From Squalus acanthias (lineage: Eukaryota): a stretch of 64,000 nucleotides of DNA. Positions within the stretch are counted from its first letter, which is position 1. Each line of letters opens with the position of its first letter. The translations under genes were made by a program, and so were the position numbers. The DNA lies in NCBI GenBank assembly GCA_030390025.1, contig JASTWF010000323.1:434001-498000 (forward strand), written 5' to 3'. Shown piece after piece: positions 1-12,566 of this stretch. The notes under the pieces are model-generated. The model was not told the origin of the DNA and searched no databases. It saw only the letters and a program-made list of their open reading frames with translations.

Positions 1-2868
1 AAACTCACCCCACACCAGCTTACAGTCCAACACCCTCAGATAACCTCTCCCCTCACCAGCTTACAGTCCAACACCCCCAGATAACCTCTCCCCTCAGCAG
101 CTTACAGTCCAACACCCCCAGATTACGTCTCCCCACAACAGCTTACAGTCCAACACCCTCAGATAACCTCTCCCCTCACCAACTTACAGTCGAACACCCC
201 CAGATAACCTCTCCCCTCACCAGCTTACAGTCCAACACCCCCAGATAACCTCTCCCCTCCCAGCTTACAGCCCAACACCCCCAGATAACATCTCCCCTCA
301 CCAGCTTACAGCCCAACACCCCCAGATAACCTCTCCCCACACCAGTTTACAGTCCAACACCGCCAGATAACCTCTCCCCTCACCAACTTACAGTCCAACA
401 CCCCCAGATAACCTCTCCCCTCACCAGCTTACAGTCCAACACCCCCAGATAGCCTCTCCCCACACCAGTTTACAGTCCAACACCCCCAGATAACCTCTCC
501 CCTCACCAGCTTACAGTCCAACACCCCCAGATAACCTCTCCCCTCACCAGCTTACAGCATAACACCCCCAGATAACCTCTCCCCTCACCAGTTTTCAGTC
601 CAACTTCCCCAGATAACCTCTCCCCTCACCAGCTTACCGTCCAATACCACCAGATAAACTCTCCCCACACCAGCTTACAGTCCAACACCCTCAGATAACC
701 TCTCCCCTCACCAGCTTACAGTCCAACACCGCCAGATAACATCTCCCCTCACCAGCTTACAGTCCAACACCCTCAGATAACCCTTCCCCTCACCAGCTTA
801 CAGCATAACACCCCCAGATAACCTCTCCCCTCACCAGTTTTCATTCCAACTTCCCCAGATAACCTCTCCCCTCACCAGCTTACCGTCCAATACCACCAGA
901 TAAACTCTCCCCAAACCAGCTTACAGTCCAACACCCTCAGATAACATCTCCCCTCACCAGCTTACAGTCCAACACCCTCAGATAACCCTTCCCCTCACCA
1001 GCTTACAGTCCAACACCGCCAGATAACCTCTCCCCTCAGCAGCTTACAGTCCAACACCCTCAGATAACCTCTCCCCTCACCAGCTTACAGTCCAACACCC
1101 CCAGATAAACTCTCCCCACACCAGCTTATATTCCAACATCCCCAGAAAACCTCTCCCCTCACCAGCTTACAGTCCAACACGCCCAGATAACCTCTCCCCT
1201 CACCAGCCTACAGTCCAACACCCCCAGAAAGCCTCTCCCCTCATCACCTTACATTCCAACACGCCCAGAAAACCTCTCCCCACACCAGCTTAAAGTCCAA
1301 CACCACCAGATAACCTCTCCCCTCACCAGCTTACAGACCAACACCCCCAGACAACCTCTCCCCACACCAGCTTACAGTCCAACATCCCCAGATAACCTCT
1401 CCCCACACCAGCTTACAGTCCAACATCCCCAGATAACCTCTCCCCTCACCAGCTTACAGTCCAACATCCCAAGATAACCTCTGCCCTCACCAGCTTACAG
1501 TCCAACACCCCAGATAACCTCTCCCCGCAGCAGCTTACAGTCCAACACCACCAGATAACATCTCCCCGTATCATTTTACAGTCCAACATCCCCAGATAAC
1601 CTCTCCCCTCACCAGCTTACAGTCCAACATCCCAAGATAACCTCTCCCCACACCAGCTTACAGTCCAACACCACCAGATAACCTCTCCCCTCACCAGCTT
1701 ACAGTCCAACACCCCCAGACAACCTCTCCCCACACCAGCTTACAGTCCAACATCCCCAGATAACCTCTCCCCTCACCAGCTTACAGTCCAACATCCCAAG
1801 ATAACCTCTCCCCTCACCAGCTTACAGTCCAACACCCCCAGATAACCTCTCCCCCTATCATATTACAGTCCAACATCCCAAGATAACCTCTCCCCACACC
1901 AGCTTACAGTCCAACACCGCCAGATAACCTCTCCCCCTATCATTTTACAGTCCAACATCCCCAGACAAACTCTCCCCTCACCAGCTTACAGTCCAACACC
2001 CCCAGATAACCTCTCCCACTATAATTTTACAGTCCAAGACCCCCTGATAAACTCTCCCATTACTAGCTTACAGTCCAACAGCCCCAGATATCCTCTCCCC
2101 ACACCAGCTTACCGTCCAACACCCCCAGGTAACTTCTTCCCACACCAGCTTACAGTCCAAAACCCACAGATAACCTCTCTCCTCAGCAGATTGCACTCCA
2201 ACAACCCCAGATAACCCAGCTCCTCAACAGTTTATAGTCCAACTCCCCTAGATAAACTCTCCCCTCACCAGTTTACAGTACAACATCCCCAGATAACCTC
2301 TCCCCACACCAGCTTAAAGTCAAATATCCCGAGTGAACCTCAAAAACTCACTAGCTTACAGTTCAAAACCCCCAGATAAACTCGCCCCACAACAGCTTAC
2401 AGTTCATCACTCCCAGATAACCTCTCCCCTCACCAGCTTACAGTCCAACATACCCAGATAAATTCTACCCACATCAGTTTACAGTCCAACACCCCCAGAA
2501 AATCTCTCCCCCCAACAGTTTACAGAACAACACCCCCAGATGAACTCTCCCCTCAACAGCTTACAGTCCAACATCCCAAGATAACCTCTCCCCACACCAG
2601 CTTACAGTCCAACATCGCCAGAAAAAAACTCTCGTCTCATCAGCTTACAGACCAACCTCCACAGATAACCTCTCCCCTCACCAGCTTACCGTCCAACACC
2701 CGCAGACAACCTCTCCGCTCGCCAGCTTACAGCCCAAACCCCCAGATAACCTCTCCCCTCAGCAGCCTACAGTCTAACACCAACCGATAAGCTTTCCCCA
2801 CACCAGCTTACAGTGCAACACCCCCAGAAAACCTCTCCCCTCAGCAGATTACAGTCCAACAACCGCAG
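1..2868. repeat. 41-bp tandem satellite, C-rich on + strand; continues off the left edge
   Basis: About 70 copies of ACACCCCCAGATAACCTCTCCCCTCACCAGCTTACAGTCCA, more divergent towards 2868. Confidence 0.97.
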
Positions 2869-2870
2869 AT

Positions 2871-3404
2871 ATTGCGCCAGAAATTCGGATCTCGACGGGT
2901 GAGTACGCGCCCGGTGGTGAATTAAGTAAAATTTAAACATTTTTTCCACAGGTTTATCTTTTTAAAATACCTTAAAGAAAGGTACGTTTATTTTTAGGCC
3001 CGTTAAAAACTGTAAGTAATTTTTTCAAAATTTTAAATTTTTGTTTAAAATAGTTAATTTATGTAATTTATATCTATTTTAAGAACGTGATTTTTTTTTG
3101 ATTTTTTTTAAGTTTTAGTTCTGTTTTGGGGCCGATCTCTATTCACAGATTTGACAGGTCTTCCCGTCCAGTCTATGAATGGAGATTCCCTGCTTCGATT
3201 GGCTACCCATGGCCCAGGCGATCCCAGGGGACGCTTCGAACTAACTGCGCCCCTGGGATCTGCGAGCACTGCACATCGGCAGCTGGAGGAGGCCCAGGAC
3301 AGGAATCCCACGCGGACCCACAGCACAACGGCAGGCGCGCTCGGTAAGTGCAGGTCGGGGGCTTGCTCTCGCGGGAAGCCTCCGACCCGAATTTGTGGCC
3401 CAAT
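2871..3404. mobile_element. MITE-like TIR element, copy 1 (internally shortened)
   Basis: Ends ATTGCGCCAGAAATTCGGATC and GACCCGAATTTGTGGCCCAAT are inverted repeats; interior homologous to copies at 9.3, 41.1, 52.8 and 60.3 kb. Confidence 0.8.
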
Positions 3405-3760
3405 TAACTTTTGTTCCATTCAACCGAATTGTGATGAACTTTGATCTTTTCTCATTTTATAGACTATATTTGAAGGGTGTCGGTAAAAATGTGCTGTGTT
3501 TCTGACAGCGGGGTGTGGGTGAGCATCTGGTGAGTGTAGCAACTCAGGGCTGGATGCAGGAAGCTCTCTGACAGTCTCTCTCTCTCTCTCTCTCTCTGAT
3601 AGGGAGAGTTGATTGACAGATGGAGGCTGTTGGTGGTTTGATTAATGCAGGAGGTTCCCTCTAAACCGTTTTATGATTGACAGCTGCAAACCACTTATTT
3701 GTACCTGGTCACAAACCAGCGAAATTATAATTGCCAGATTTAAACACACAGATTCGCTTT

Positions 3761-3830
3761 AGTGGTTAAGGCGTTGGACTCGAAATCTAATGGGAGGTTC
3801 CCAACGCAGGTTCGAACCCTGATGGCAGCG
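3761..3830 (+). pseudogene. tRNA-Ser(CGA) relic, 5' end lost
   Basis: AGTGGTTAAGGCGTTGGACTCGAAATCTAATGGG...GCAGGTTCGAACCCTG matches vertebrate tRNA-Ser. Confidence 0.8.
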
Positions 3831-4403
3831 GATTTGTTCAGTGTTGCTCGCAATGCTCCTTTTCTTTAGAATCATAGAAATTTACGGCACAGAAGGAGGC
3901 CATTCGGCCGATCGTGTCTGTGCCGGCCGAAAAATCCAGCTCCCAGCATCCGCTCTCTTTTGAAGATATGAGACATTTCAGTACCGGTTTTAAGGCTATT
4001 AAAGGATTGGCTAGAAAGCTGCAGTAATTACCTGCTAAATGAGCTGAGTGTGATTAAAGTATTATTTCAATAAATGAACTGATTACCTAAGTTTTCAAGA
4101 AGGCATGCTGGGAGGCTTGACCAAAGTCCAAATGTGTTCTGCAGACTGTCACACAGAACAGAGCATGGGGAAATCAATTCAAATAAAATTATCGGCAATA
4201 TCTTGGATTGCTGTAAACCTTATTTCTGAGGAGAGCTCATCGACCTGTGACGTTAACCCTTTGTTTCTCTTTCCACAGATGTTCCCGGACCTGCGACGTT
4301 TTTCCGGCATTTTCTGAATAATTCTATTTTTATTGTGCGCCCCCTTGTATTAACACAAATCGAAAAATAATTGCAGTGTCTCGAAAATTGAACTCGGCTA
4401 AAA

Positions 4404-4476
4404 TGTGAGGTGGTGTCGGAGCTAGAATTTTCGCCTGACACGCAGGAAACCCGGAGTTTGATTCACGGCCGATGCA
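4404..4476 (+). pseudogene. tRNA-Gly(GCC)-derived pseudogene
   Basis: GGTGGT..TAGAATTTTCGCCTGACACGCAGGAAACCCGG..GATTCACGGCCGATGCA; many substitutions. Confidence 0.7.
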
Positions 4477-4779
4477 AAATGCCAAATTTCATCGATGTTT
4501 TTTCCGGGAACGTTTTCAATTAAAGAATTTACAAAAAGACATTCTGTTGGGGTTATCGCAGCTGACCGTCTTATCTCGGTCTCTTGCACTTGTCTACTTG
4601 CCTGTGAATCCTAATGCTGCGTATATCGGCCAGACTGGGACTCTGATCATCTTAAAACAGTTCGATTGTCGTTTTACTGGTGATGTGGAAAAAGAAGGGC
4701 CCACTTGCTCAATGGAGCAAGAGTATATACATTAAACACATCGACACTGATAACTAAAGCGGACCCGATACAATCAGCG

Positions 4780-6731
4780 GGAACGGTAGCATACTGGTTA
4801 TCCAGAGACCTGGGCAAGAGTTCAGTTTCCCACCGCGGCAGCTGGGGAGTTTAAATTCAGTTAATTAAATAAATGTGGAATAAAAAGTTAGTATCAGTAT
4901 TGGATTGTCGTAAAAACCCATCTGATTCACTCATGTCCTTTGGGGAAGGAAATCTGCCGTCCTTACCTGGTCTGGCCTATATGTGACTCCAGACCCACAG
5001 CAATGTGGTTGACTCTTAACTGCCCAATCAAGCAAGAATATCTATATTAAAAACATCGACACTGATAACTAAAGCAGACCAGATACAAAATCACACGGAT
5101 CACTCGGCACACGACATGAAACCCTGCAAGGTCCTCCTCACCAACATCTGTGGACTTGTGCCAAAAATTGGGAGAGCTGTCCCACAGACTAGTCAAGCAA
5201 CATCCTGACATAGTCACACTCACAGAATCATACCTTTCAGCCAAACTCCTCCATCATCGTCCCTGGTTATGTCCTGCCCCACCAGGGGTGGCGGCGCAGT
5301 GTTATACAGTCGGAAAGGAGTGGGCCTGGGAGTCCTTAGCATTGACTCCAGACCCCATGAAGTCTCATGGCTTCAGGTCAAGCAGGGCCCAGGTAACCTC
5401 CTGCTGATTACCACTTAACCAGCCTCCCCCAGCTGAGGAATCAGTACTCCTCCATGTTGAACACCACTTGGAAGAAGCACTGAGAGTAGCAAGGGCACAG
5501 AATATACTCTGGGTGGGGGAATTCAATGTCCGTCACCAAGAGTGGCTCAGTAGCACCACTACTGACCGAGCTGGCCGTGTCCTGTAGGACATAACTGCCA
5601 GTCTGCGCCTGCGACAGGTGGTGAGAGAAACAACACGAGGGAAAACATACTTGACCTCGTCCTCACCAATCTACCTGTCGCAGATGCATCTGTCCAAGAC
5701 ATTATTGGTAGCAATGACCACCGCACAGTCATTGTGGAGACGAAGTCCCGTCTTCACATTGAGGACACCCTCCATCTTGTTGTGTGAAACTATCACCGAG
5801 CAAAATGGGATAGATTCAGAACAGATCTCGCAGCTCAAAACTGGATGTCCATGAGGCGCTGTGGGCCATCAGTAATCTGTAACCTCATGGCCCGTCATAT
5901 CCCTCACTCGACCATTACCATCAAGTCAGGGGACCAACCCTGGTTCTATAAGGAGTGTAGAAGAGCATGCCAGAAGCAGCACAAGGCGTACCTATAAATG
6001 AGGTGCCAACACAGGACTACATGAATGATAAAAAGCGGAAGCAACATGATATAGACAGGGCTAAGCGATCCCACAATCAACGGATCACATCAAAGCTCTG
6101 CAGTCCTGCCACATCCAGTCGAGAAGTTGGTGGACCATTAAACAACCAACGGAAGGAGAAGGCTTCATGAATATCCCCATCCTCAATGATGGTGGAACCC
6201 AGCACGTGAGTCCAAAAGACAAGGCTGACGCGTTTGCAACCATCTTCAGCTAGAAGTGCCGAGTGGATGAACATATCGGCCTACTCCTGAGGTCCCCACC
6301 ATCTCAGAAGTCAGTTTTCAGCCAATTCGATTCACTCCATGTGATATCAAGAAACGGCTGAACGCACTGGATACGGCAAAGGCTATGGGCCGCGAAACAT
6401 CTTGGCTATCGTGCTGAAGTACAGCTTTAACACTGGCATCTATCCGACAACATGGAGAATTGCCCAGGTGTGTCCTGTCCACAAAAGGTAGGAAAAATCC
6501 AAACCAGCCAATTACCGCCCCGTCAGTCTACACTCAATCATCAGCAAAGTGATGGAAGGTGTCGTCGACAGTGCTATCAAGCGTCACTTACTCACCAATA
6601 ACCTGCTCACTGATGCCCAGTTTGGGTTCCGCCAAGACCACTCGGCTCCCGACCTCATTACAGCCTTGGTCCAAACATGGACAAAGGATCTGAATTCCAG
6701 TGGTGAGGTGAGAGTGACTCCCCTTGACATT
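4780..6731 (+). mobile_element. Degraded non-LTR retrotransposon (APE endonuclease plus start of RT; CR1/L2-group LINE)
   Basis: QHPDIVTLTESYL (APE), NYRPVSL, DAQFGFRQDHSAPDL...LDI (RT); frameshifts and stops; truncated at about 6731. Confidence 0.85.
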
Positions 6732-6732
6732 A

Positions 6733-7790
6733 CACGATCATGCTTGGACATCTGTCAATTGACATTGAGCACATTCCCACAATGTGTCGGATGGATTGGG
6801 CAAATGATAATCTTAGGGGTGAGTGGCCTGCCTGTGGGGCAGCCGGCGGGCCCTCTGCAGGTACAAATAATCACCCGATCCGTGTTATTCTAGATGCTCA
6901 GTTAAGAATGACCACTTTTAAATGTATTGCTAATTCTACCACGGTTGCTCAGACGTACCCAGAGGGCTCGGATTATATTAAAAATGAGGCGTCTTTTCAG
7001 AAGACGTGGTTCACCTCTTGGCAGGAACAAAAAGGGAATTGTTTGATACTATCTTGGGATCCATAGAGGTCGGCATAAATTCGAAGAATGTTGAGATTCT
7101 TAGACATCAATTACTGGCGATGACCCAGGCTGAAACAAAGGGAGAGGCGCCCGAGATTGTGATGACTGAGGACTGGAAGATTCTAACCAATGCCTCAATT
7201 AATTTCTACTACAATACCCACTCAGTCCTGATGGCATTAGGGAACATAACACTGCAGGGGTTAAACGGGGCAGCGTGGGCCAGCCTTTGCCAAAATGTGC
7301 AATTGAGTCTGAATGAATTAATAAGGAATATCGTTCGAGCTTTATTCAACCAGAATTGGTCGCTGGACTTGGCTCGCACAGCCCTGGGACCATTTGGATC
7401 TGAATGGGTTAAGGCTCACTTGGGGAATTGTCACTTTGACGGTTGTTTGTTTGTGGCTCTGTACCCACGTAACGACACCCAACAAGTTGCGTGTCCCATT
7501 GTAAATTGTGGTTATCTGAGTGATAATGCCACGTTGAGAGCCACTGAGACCCGGATGTACTCTCCATATAACGAAGCCACTCGGTCCTACTCTGAAATAG
7601 AACTGAGATTTTGTAGGACATTTGACGACAAGTATGTGTGTGATACTGTCCATCAGGGCAATGGTAAATGAACATCCTGTATGGCACATCTCGCTCCTGC
7701 AATGTTGAAGTTCGGCGGTTAAATGAATCTATAATTGTGGATATGGGGTTTGGGCGATTATCTGTACGTAACGTGCGTCCTTGTAATTCT
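6733..7790 (+). pseudogene. env: Endogenous retroviral env relic (F-protein-like, lokiretrovirus-type)
   Basis: ORFs 6740-7066 and 7006-7671: basic site TKR followed by ELFDTILGSIEVGINSKNVEILRHQL, many N-x-S/T sequons, CPIVNCG, Cys-rich FCRTFDDKYVC; continues in another frame to about 7790. Confidence 0.65.
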
Positions 7791-8137
7791 CAAAAACGTG
7801 TTCAACATGATGTAGGAAACATGTACAGATAACCGGTGAGTTTACACATCTTCTCGATTGTGCCAAAGGCTCAGTCACTGCGTTGAAATCGAATCTATTT
7901 CCTGCACATTGTTCTTTTCCTGATAGATGCTGGTTTAACAGTTAAAACTGGCCCCACATTCCCTCCTGTCAATAAGTAATACTGAAGGCCCACCTTTATA
8001 ACTCTCATCCGTTATTGCAACACGGTGGGTCTGAGGAACCTAAGTGCCCACGTGGAACATTTAATAAGTAAATAATAGCGGAAACACCAATTGAAGTTTC
8101 TGCTCTGGTAGAAATATCACACCGCAAAAGCATCGGC

Positions 8138-8233
8138 TGCTCTTGGTGAGGCTCGAACTCACAACCGTCGGCATTTCTCGAGCCTGCATTGTCATATAAG
8201 TACCAGCGCGCTAACCGATTGCGTCACTACAGC
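8138..8233 (-). tRNA. tRNA-Ile(TAT), intron-containing, several substitutions (possibly a pseudogene)
   Basis: GCTGTAGTGACGCAATCGGTTAGCGCGCTGGTACTTATA-intron-ATGCCGACGGTTGTGAGTTCGAGCCTCACCAAGAGCA. Confidence 0.85.
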
Positions 8234-8769
8234 CGTGTGAGTTATCCGTGCTCACTTATTTTCACATTTCAGGTTGTCTAATAGTGCGGGGGTCAGGGGC
8301 ACTGTTTAATGTTGTTTAATTGAGGATCATTGGCTGGGGTTATATGATAGAGTGCAGCAGGAGTTTCTCTCATGTGTTCGCGAGCTGGTGAATTTACCAA
8401 AGCCTGCACCAGATTCCTGGTGTCATAACCACTGAACATTTTTACCCAACTCCTAATATATAGTCTGTAAAATGAGAACGGATGAAAATACATCACGTGC
8501 AGAACACAATATTTTTTTAAAGTTTTGCCTGTGACTCGTTAACCATGTGAGTATTTCGGTCAGTCCGAAACAAAAAGTTAGCGGTTGATTAATGGCGATT
8601 ACAGCAAATTTTTCACACAGTTTAATGAATTTTGTGTAATTAATAAAATAAACAGTTTTCTTAAAGTTAATTCTTCGACGTGGACTGGAACCCGTGTCGC
8701 ATGTATAATAGGATTTATACATGGCAGTTGCTGTTCTGAGTTTTTCCTCTCATTCTTTACAGAGCAGCG

Positions 8770-8830
8770 GTTTCCGAAGTGTAGCGGTTATCACTTCCGT
8801 CTAAAGCACAACAGGTCCCCGGTTCAATCA
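8770..8830 (+). pseudogene. tRNA-Val relic
   Basis: GTTTCCGAAGTGTAGCGGTTATCAC...AGGTCCCCGGTTC; 3' end lost. Confidence 0.7.
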
Positions 8831-9263
8831 TCTCTTGTAGGTGGAGATCAACAAAATACATTGACAGCCGCGCGGTATTCTCCTTTTCTCTATACAGTTC
8901 TGTACACACTCAAACTCTACACAGATACCGACAGTGTGAGAGATTATTACAGGATCCTGCAGCGCTGCCTCCGTTAATGGCAACAGTTCGGAGCCGCTTT
9001 TCACACGCGGCAACAAACCCATGAGTTTGTTTGCTATTCCAAAGCTCCCAGAGTGAGTGAGGCCGCGACAGCAGCAACGTTTAGGCCGCCTGTCCGGCCC
9101 GCTCTCTCCAAGCGCCGGCTGCCGGCGGAAAGCAGCGATTCCAGCCTCAGAGAGCGTAAACTGCCCATCGCTGCGAAAAAAAGATAACACTGAAGCAGAG
9201 GAGCGCAGAGATTTGCATCTATAGCGTGTAGGTGAGGATGGACGAGGTTAATATCGATCGAGT

Positions 9264-10003
9264 CATTGGCACAGATATTCCGATCGCAGGCCTCCCGCGG
9301 GCGGAGGCCTGCGATCTGGAAAAATCTGCGCCCTTATCTGAGGGCTCCCGGGACGCGCACAGTTCCGATGCTGGTCCTCTCCAAAATGCCGGTGCGCAGG
9401 GCCCAGGTATCCCAGAGGCGCATGTAGCTCGCAGTGTTCCTGGGTTCACGTGGGCCATGTGGAGCCAATCAAAGAAGGGAATCTCCCTTCATATATTTGA
9501 CAGGAAGACCTGCCAAATATATGAATGGAGATCACCCACAAAACATAGTAACATTTTAAATAAATTTTAAAAAAATCACATTTTTAAAATGACTTGTAAG
9601 TCCAATAAATTAACTATATTAAACAAAATTTAAATTTTTGAAAAAAAGTAATTAAAGTTTTTTACGGAGCTAAAAAGAAACTTACCTTTTTTAAAAGTAT
9701 TTTTAAATGATAAATCAGTGGAAATTTTGTTTTCCTTTTTTCACCTCTTATCCTGGTAAAAGCAGGCGCAAGAATTGTAAGGGTTTTCTGCGGGCGGAGG
9801 GTCTCCAAAAAGCGGAACTCTTCGCACGCAGATGCCCTTCCCCTGGGCAGCCGGAGGATCTGTCAAGAGCTTTCTTGACAGATCGGAAATGCCGGTTTCC
9901 AGCGCATGCGCAGTGCATGCCTCAAACCGGCATTTCCGATGTCCCTACGGGTGGGTACACAGCGCTTTACCCAACCGTAGAGATCGGAATATCCGGCCCA
10001 ATG
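9264..10003. mobile_element. MITE-like TIR element, copy 2
   Basis: CATTGGCACAGATATTCCGATC ... GATCGGAATATCCGGCCCAATG, about 22-bp TIR; AT-rich core; internal hairpins. Confidence 0.85.
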
Positions 10004-11059
10004 TTTTGGAACCGCTGAAATTGAATCTTTCTCCGGCGGATGTTCCAGGTTTACGTATGAAAATGCCCTCGAGGTGCAAATTTGGAGATGCCGTGTAGTG
10101 GGACAAGTTAAAGGATCAGCACAGTTAATGCCGAGAACAAATTAAACAGTAGCTCAAGCTGATGAACCTTACACTGGTGAAAATCCTGGGCGGAGATTTA
10201 GAGGAAACGACACTGGGAGGGGCTGCATTGCGATTCTAACACTTCTCCAAGCACATTCCGGGCAAGCCATCGACCGTAAAAAGAGGGCTTGCAACGGGAA
10301 TGGAACTGCGGGCACACGTGACAGAGCATTGGTATTGGGAATGTAAAACTACTGTCTCCAATACTCTGCTTACCTGAATCAGTCAAAATGCAATGGACAA
10401 TACATGAATAATCCATTTTATTCAACGTGTAATAACCAGTTGATTGGGTCTGTATTCCAGACAGAGTGACACTTTAGTCTAGGGGTATGAATCTCGCTTT
10501 GGGGATTGTAGATTGAAATTTGCGAAAGGTCCCGCATGAGCCCCTTTTTAACGTCGACTTCTGATATTGGACTTGTGCTCTAAACTTGTTCCAATCCGCC
10601 TAATAAATAATCGGTCAGGACACAAATCATTCTCCATCATTCTCCAGCGACTTTGGAGGAAGGTCAATGCAAACTGCCATGTAAATATCATGGCTTTAAT
10701 GACAATAAATTAAAATATTTTTTTAGCAATCACGTTGTAAGTATATTTGGGAGTGTCTATGTTAGATACAAATGTATTTGTGAGTTGTTATTGTGTTAGA
10801 TGTAAATGCTTCTGCACCTCTGTTCGTTATAAATTTATTTAGATTTGTCTATATTATTTATTACTGTATTAGTGTGGGGGAATCTGTGTTAGTTGTAAAT
10901 GTAGCTCTGAGCGCTGCAAATATCCGTCCGGCCCCATTCTACCTTATCATTGCTCCCACGTGGGACTCGGCAGACCATCTGTTAAATTCGGATTCAACTT
11001 TTGCTTTTATTGCTATTTAGAAAATGTGAGGTTTAGAAAGTAATAGCTCTGCACCCATC

Positions 11060-11525
11060 AGATTCTCTGATATCTCCTGAGCGTCCCTTACCCTGTCTGA
11101 TAGGCCCTGAGCGCCATTTACACACTATGATAGGTCCTGAGAGCCCCTTACCTTGAGTAATAGGCCATGAGCGCCATTTACCCTCTCTGATAGGCCCTGA
11201 GAATCCCTTACCCTTTCTGGTACATCCGGAGCATCCCTTACACGCTCTGACACATCCGGCGCGTCCTTTACCATCTCTGGTACATCCGGAGCGTCCCTTA
11301 ACCTGTCTGCTACATCCGGAGCGTGTCTTTCCCTGTCTGGTACATCCGGAGCGTCCCTTACCCGCTCTGACACATCCGGCGCGTCCCTTACCCTGTCTGA
11401 TATATCCGGAGCGTCCCTTACCCTGTCTGATACATCAGGAGCGTCCCTTATCCCTGACTGATACATCCGGAGCGTCATTTACTCTCTTTGTTACCTCCTG
11501 AGTGTCCATTATCCTTTTTGATAAC
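11060..11525. repeat. 30-bp minisatellite
   Basis: TACATCCGGAGCGTCCCTTACCCTGTCTGA units; a degenerate paralog lies at about 18300-18550. Confidence 0.9.
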
Positions 11526-12158
11526 CAGCTTGCTAAAATTGCATACTTCACTACTCATTTGCAGATATGAAGCGCTTACCGTCGCTCACGCTCTTCAATT
11601 GTTTAGGGAAAAGCGCCAACTACCAGTTAAACAAAACCCACTTCTTCAGTAAGTCTCCCCGATTTCACTTTATTTCCCAAGGAAATTTCGTGCACAATCG
11701 GGCTGCTTTGCTTCCAAAGGCCAGCCCTGCTTTCGCAGAGCTTGTCTGTCGAACGGTCCCGCACATCTAAATGTATCGACTGTTCTCAAAGCACCAATTC
11801 AGATTAGTGCGAATGGGACATCTGGCCCCAGGAACAGCCGTGGGAGCAGAGCAAACTTAACGGTGTAAGTAGGTGAAAGTGAATGTTAGATTTTGGTGAT
11901 ACCGCAGGAAAGTGACAATGAAATGGAAAGAGGAAAGTAAAGGAGGGTTATTGATTGTGGAAGGAAGAAAAAGCTGGGAGAAGAGGTGGGTTTAAATTAT
12001 GGAGCATCAAGCTCAGGCATGTGGGAGCGCGGGGTTTTGAAGGAGCAAATTAGGTTTTCAACAGAAAATATAATATTTGTTTCATGGAGAAAAAAATTGA
12101 TTTTTCGCTGCGTTCTATCACCAGGTGAAGCAGAGAACAAAATATATAAAGCGAGCTG

Positions 12159-12230
12159 TGCCGTGATTCGGATGCGAACCGAGGTTGTTGTGGCCACAAC
12201 GCAGAGTACTGACTGCTATACGATCACGGC
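12159..12230 (-). tRNA. tRNA-His(GTG), mutated copy
   Basis: GCCGTGATCGTATAGCAGTCAGTACTCTGCGTTGTGGCCACAACAACCTCGGTTCGCATCCGAATCACGGCA. Confidence 0.85.
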
Positions 12231-12343
12231 GCTACAGATCAATTGCTAGAACTCTGCTCTAAACACAGCAAAGTCACATACTGCGCTGCTTAGCAAAGAT
12301 GAATTTTTGATGAAGAGACCAAAATCAGCACCGCCAGAAAGTA

Positions 12344-12396
12344 TGACAGCGGTGGAATTCGACCCAGGCCCCGCAGCGACTGGAGCCTTAACCCAG
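12344..12396 (-). pseudogene. tRNA-Leu(AAG) 3' fragment
   Basis: CTGGGTTAAGGCTCCAGTC...GAATTCCACCGCTGTCA. Confidence 0.7.
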
Positions 12397-12491
12397 AATG
12401 CGAACTAGTGCAGCCGCAGTTACATTTAAAAGATTGTGGCCCTTTCACACGAGAAGAAACTCACCCTGGAGGGTCATAAAAAGAAAAGAAA

Positions 12492-12566
12492 TGTCTCACT
12501 GGGAATCGAACGCAGGATCATTTCTGTTTACTAGACAGGGGCTTTGAACAGCTAAGCCAAAAAGCC
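12492..12566 (-). pseudogene. tRNA-Thr(AGT) pseudogene
   Basis: TGGCTTAGCTGTTCAAAGCCCCTGTCTAGTAAACAG..GATCCTGCGTTCGATTCCCAG. Confidence 0.75.

Noticed and set aside
1..2868. CRISPR-like regular repeats
   Set aside because: Head-to-tail units with no unique spacers, no cas genes, vertebrate context; the same applies to the 38-bp and 51-bp arrays.
8585..9190. ORFs of 120-130 aa in a CpG-rich patch
   Set aside because: Overlap a tRNA-Val relic and show no protein motifs.
11125..11478. ORF with RVRDAPDVSE repeats
   Set aside because: Translation of a 30-bp minisatellite; no supported splice structure, and the paralog at 18.3 kb is degenerate.
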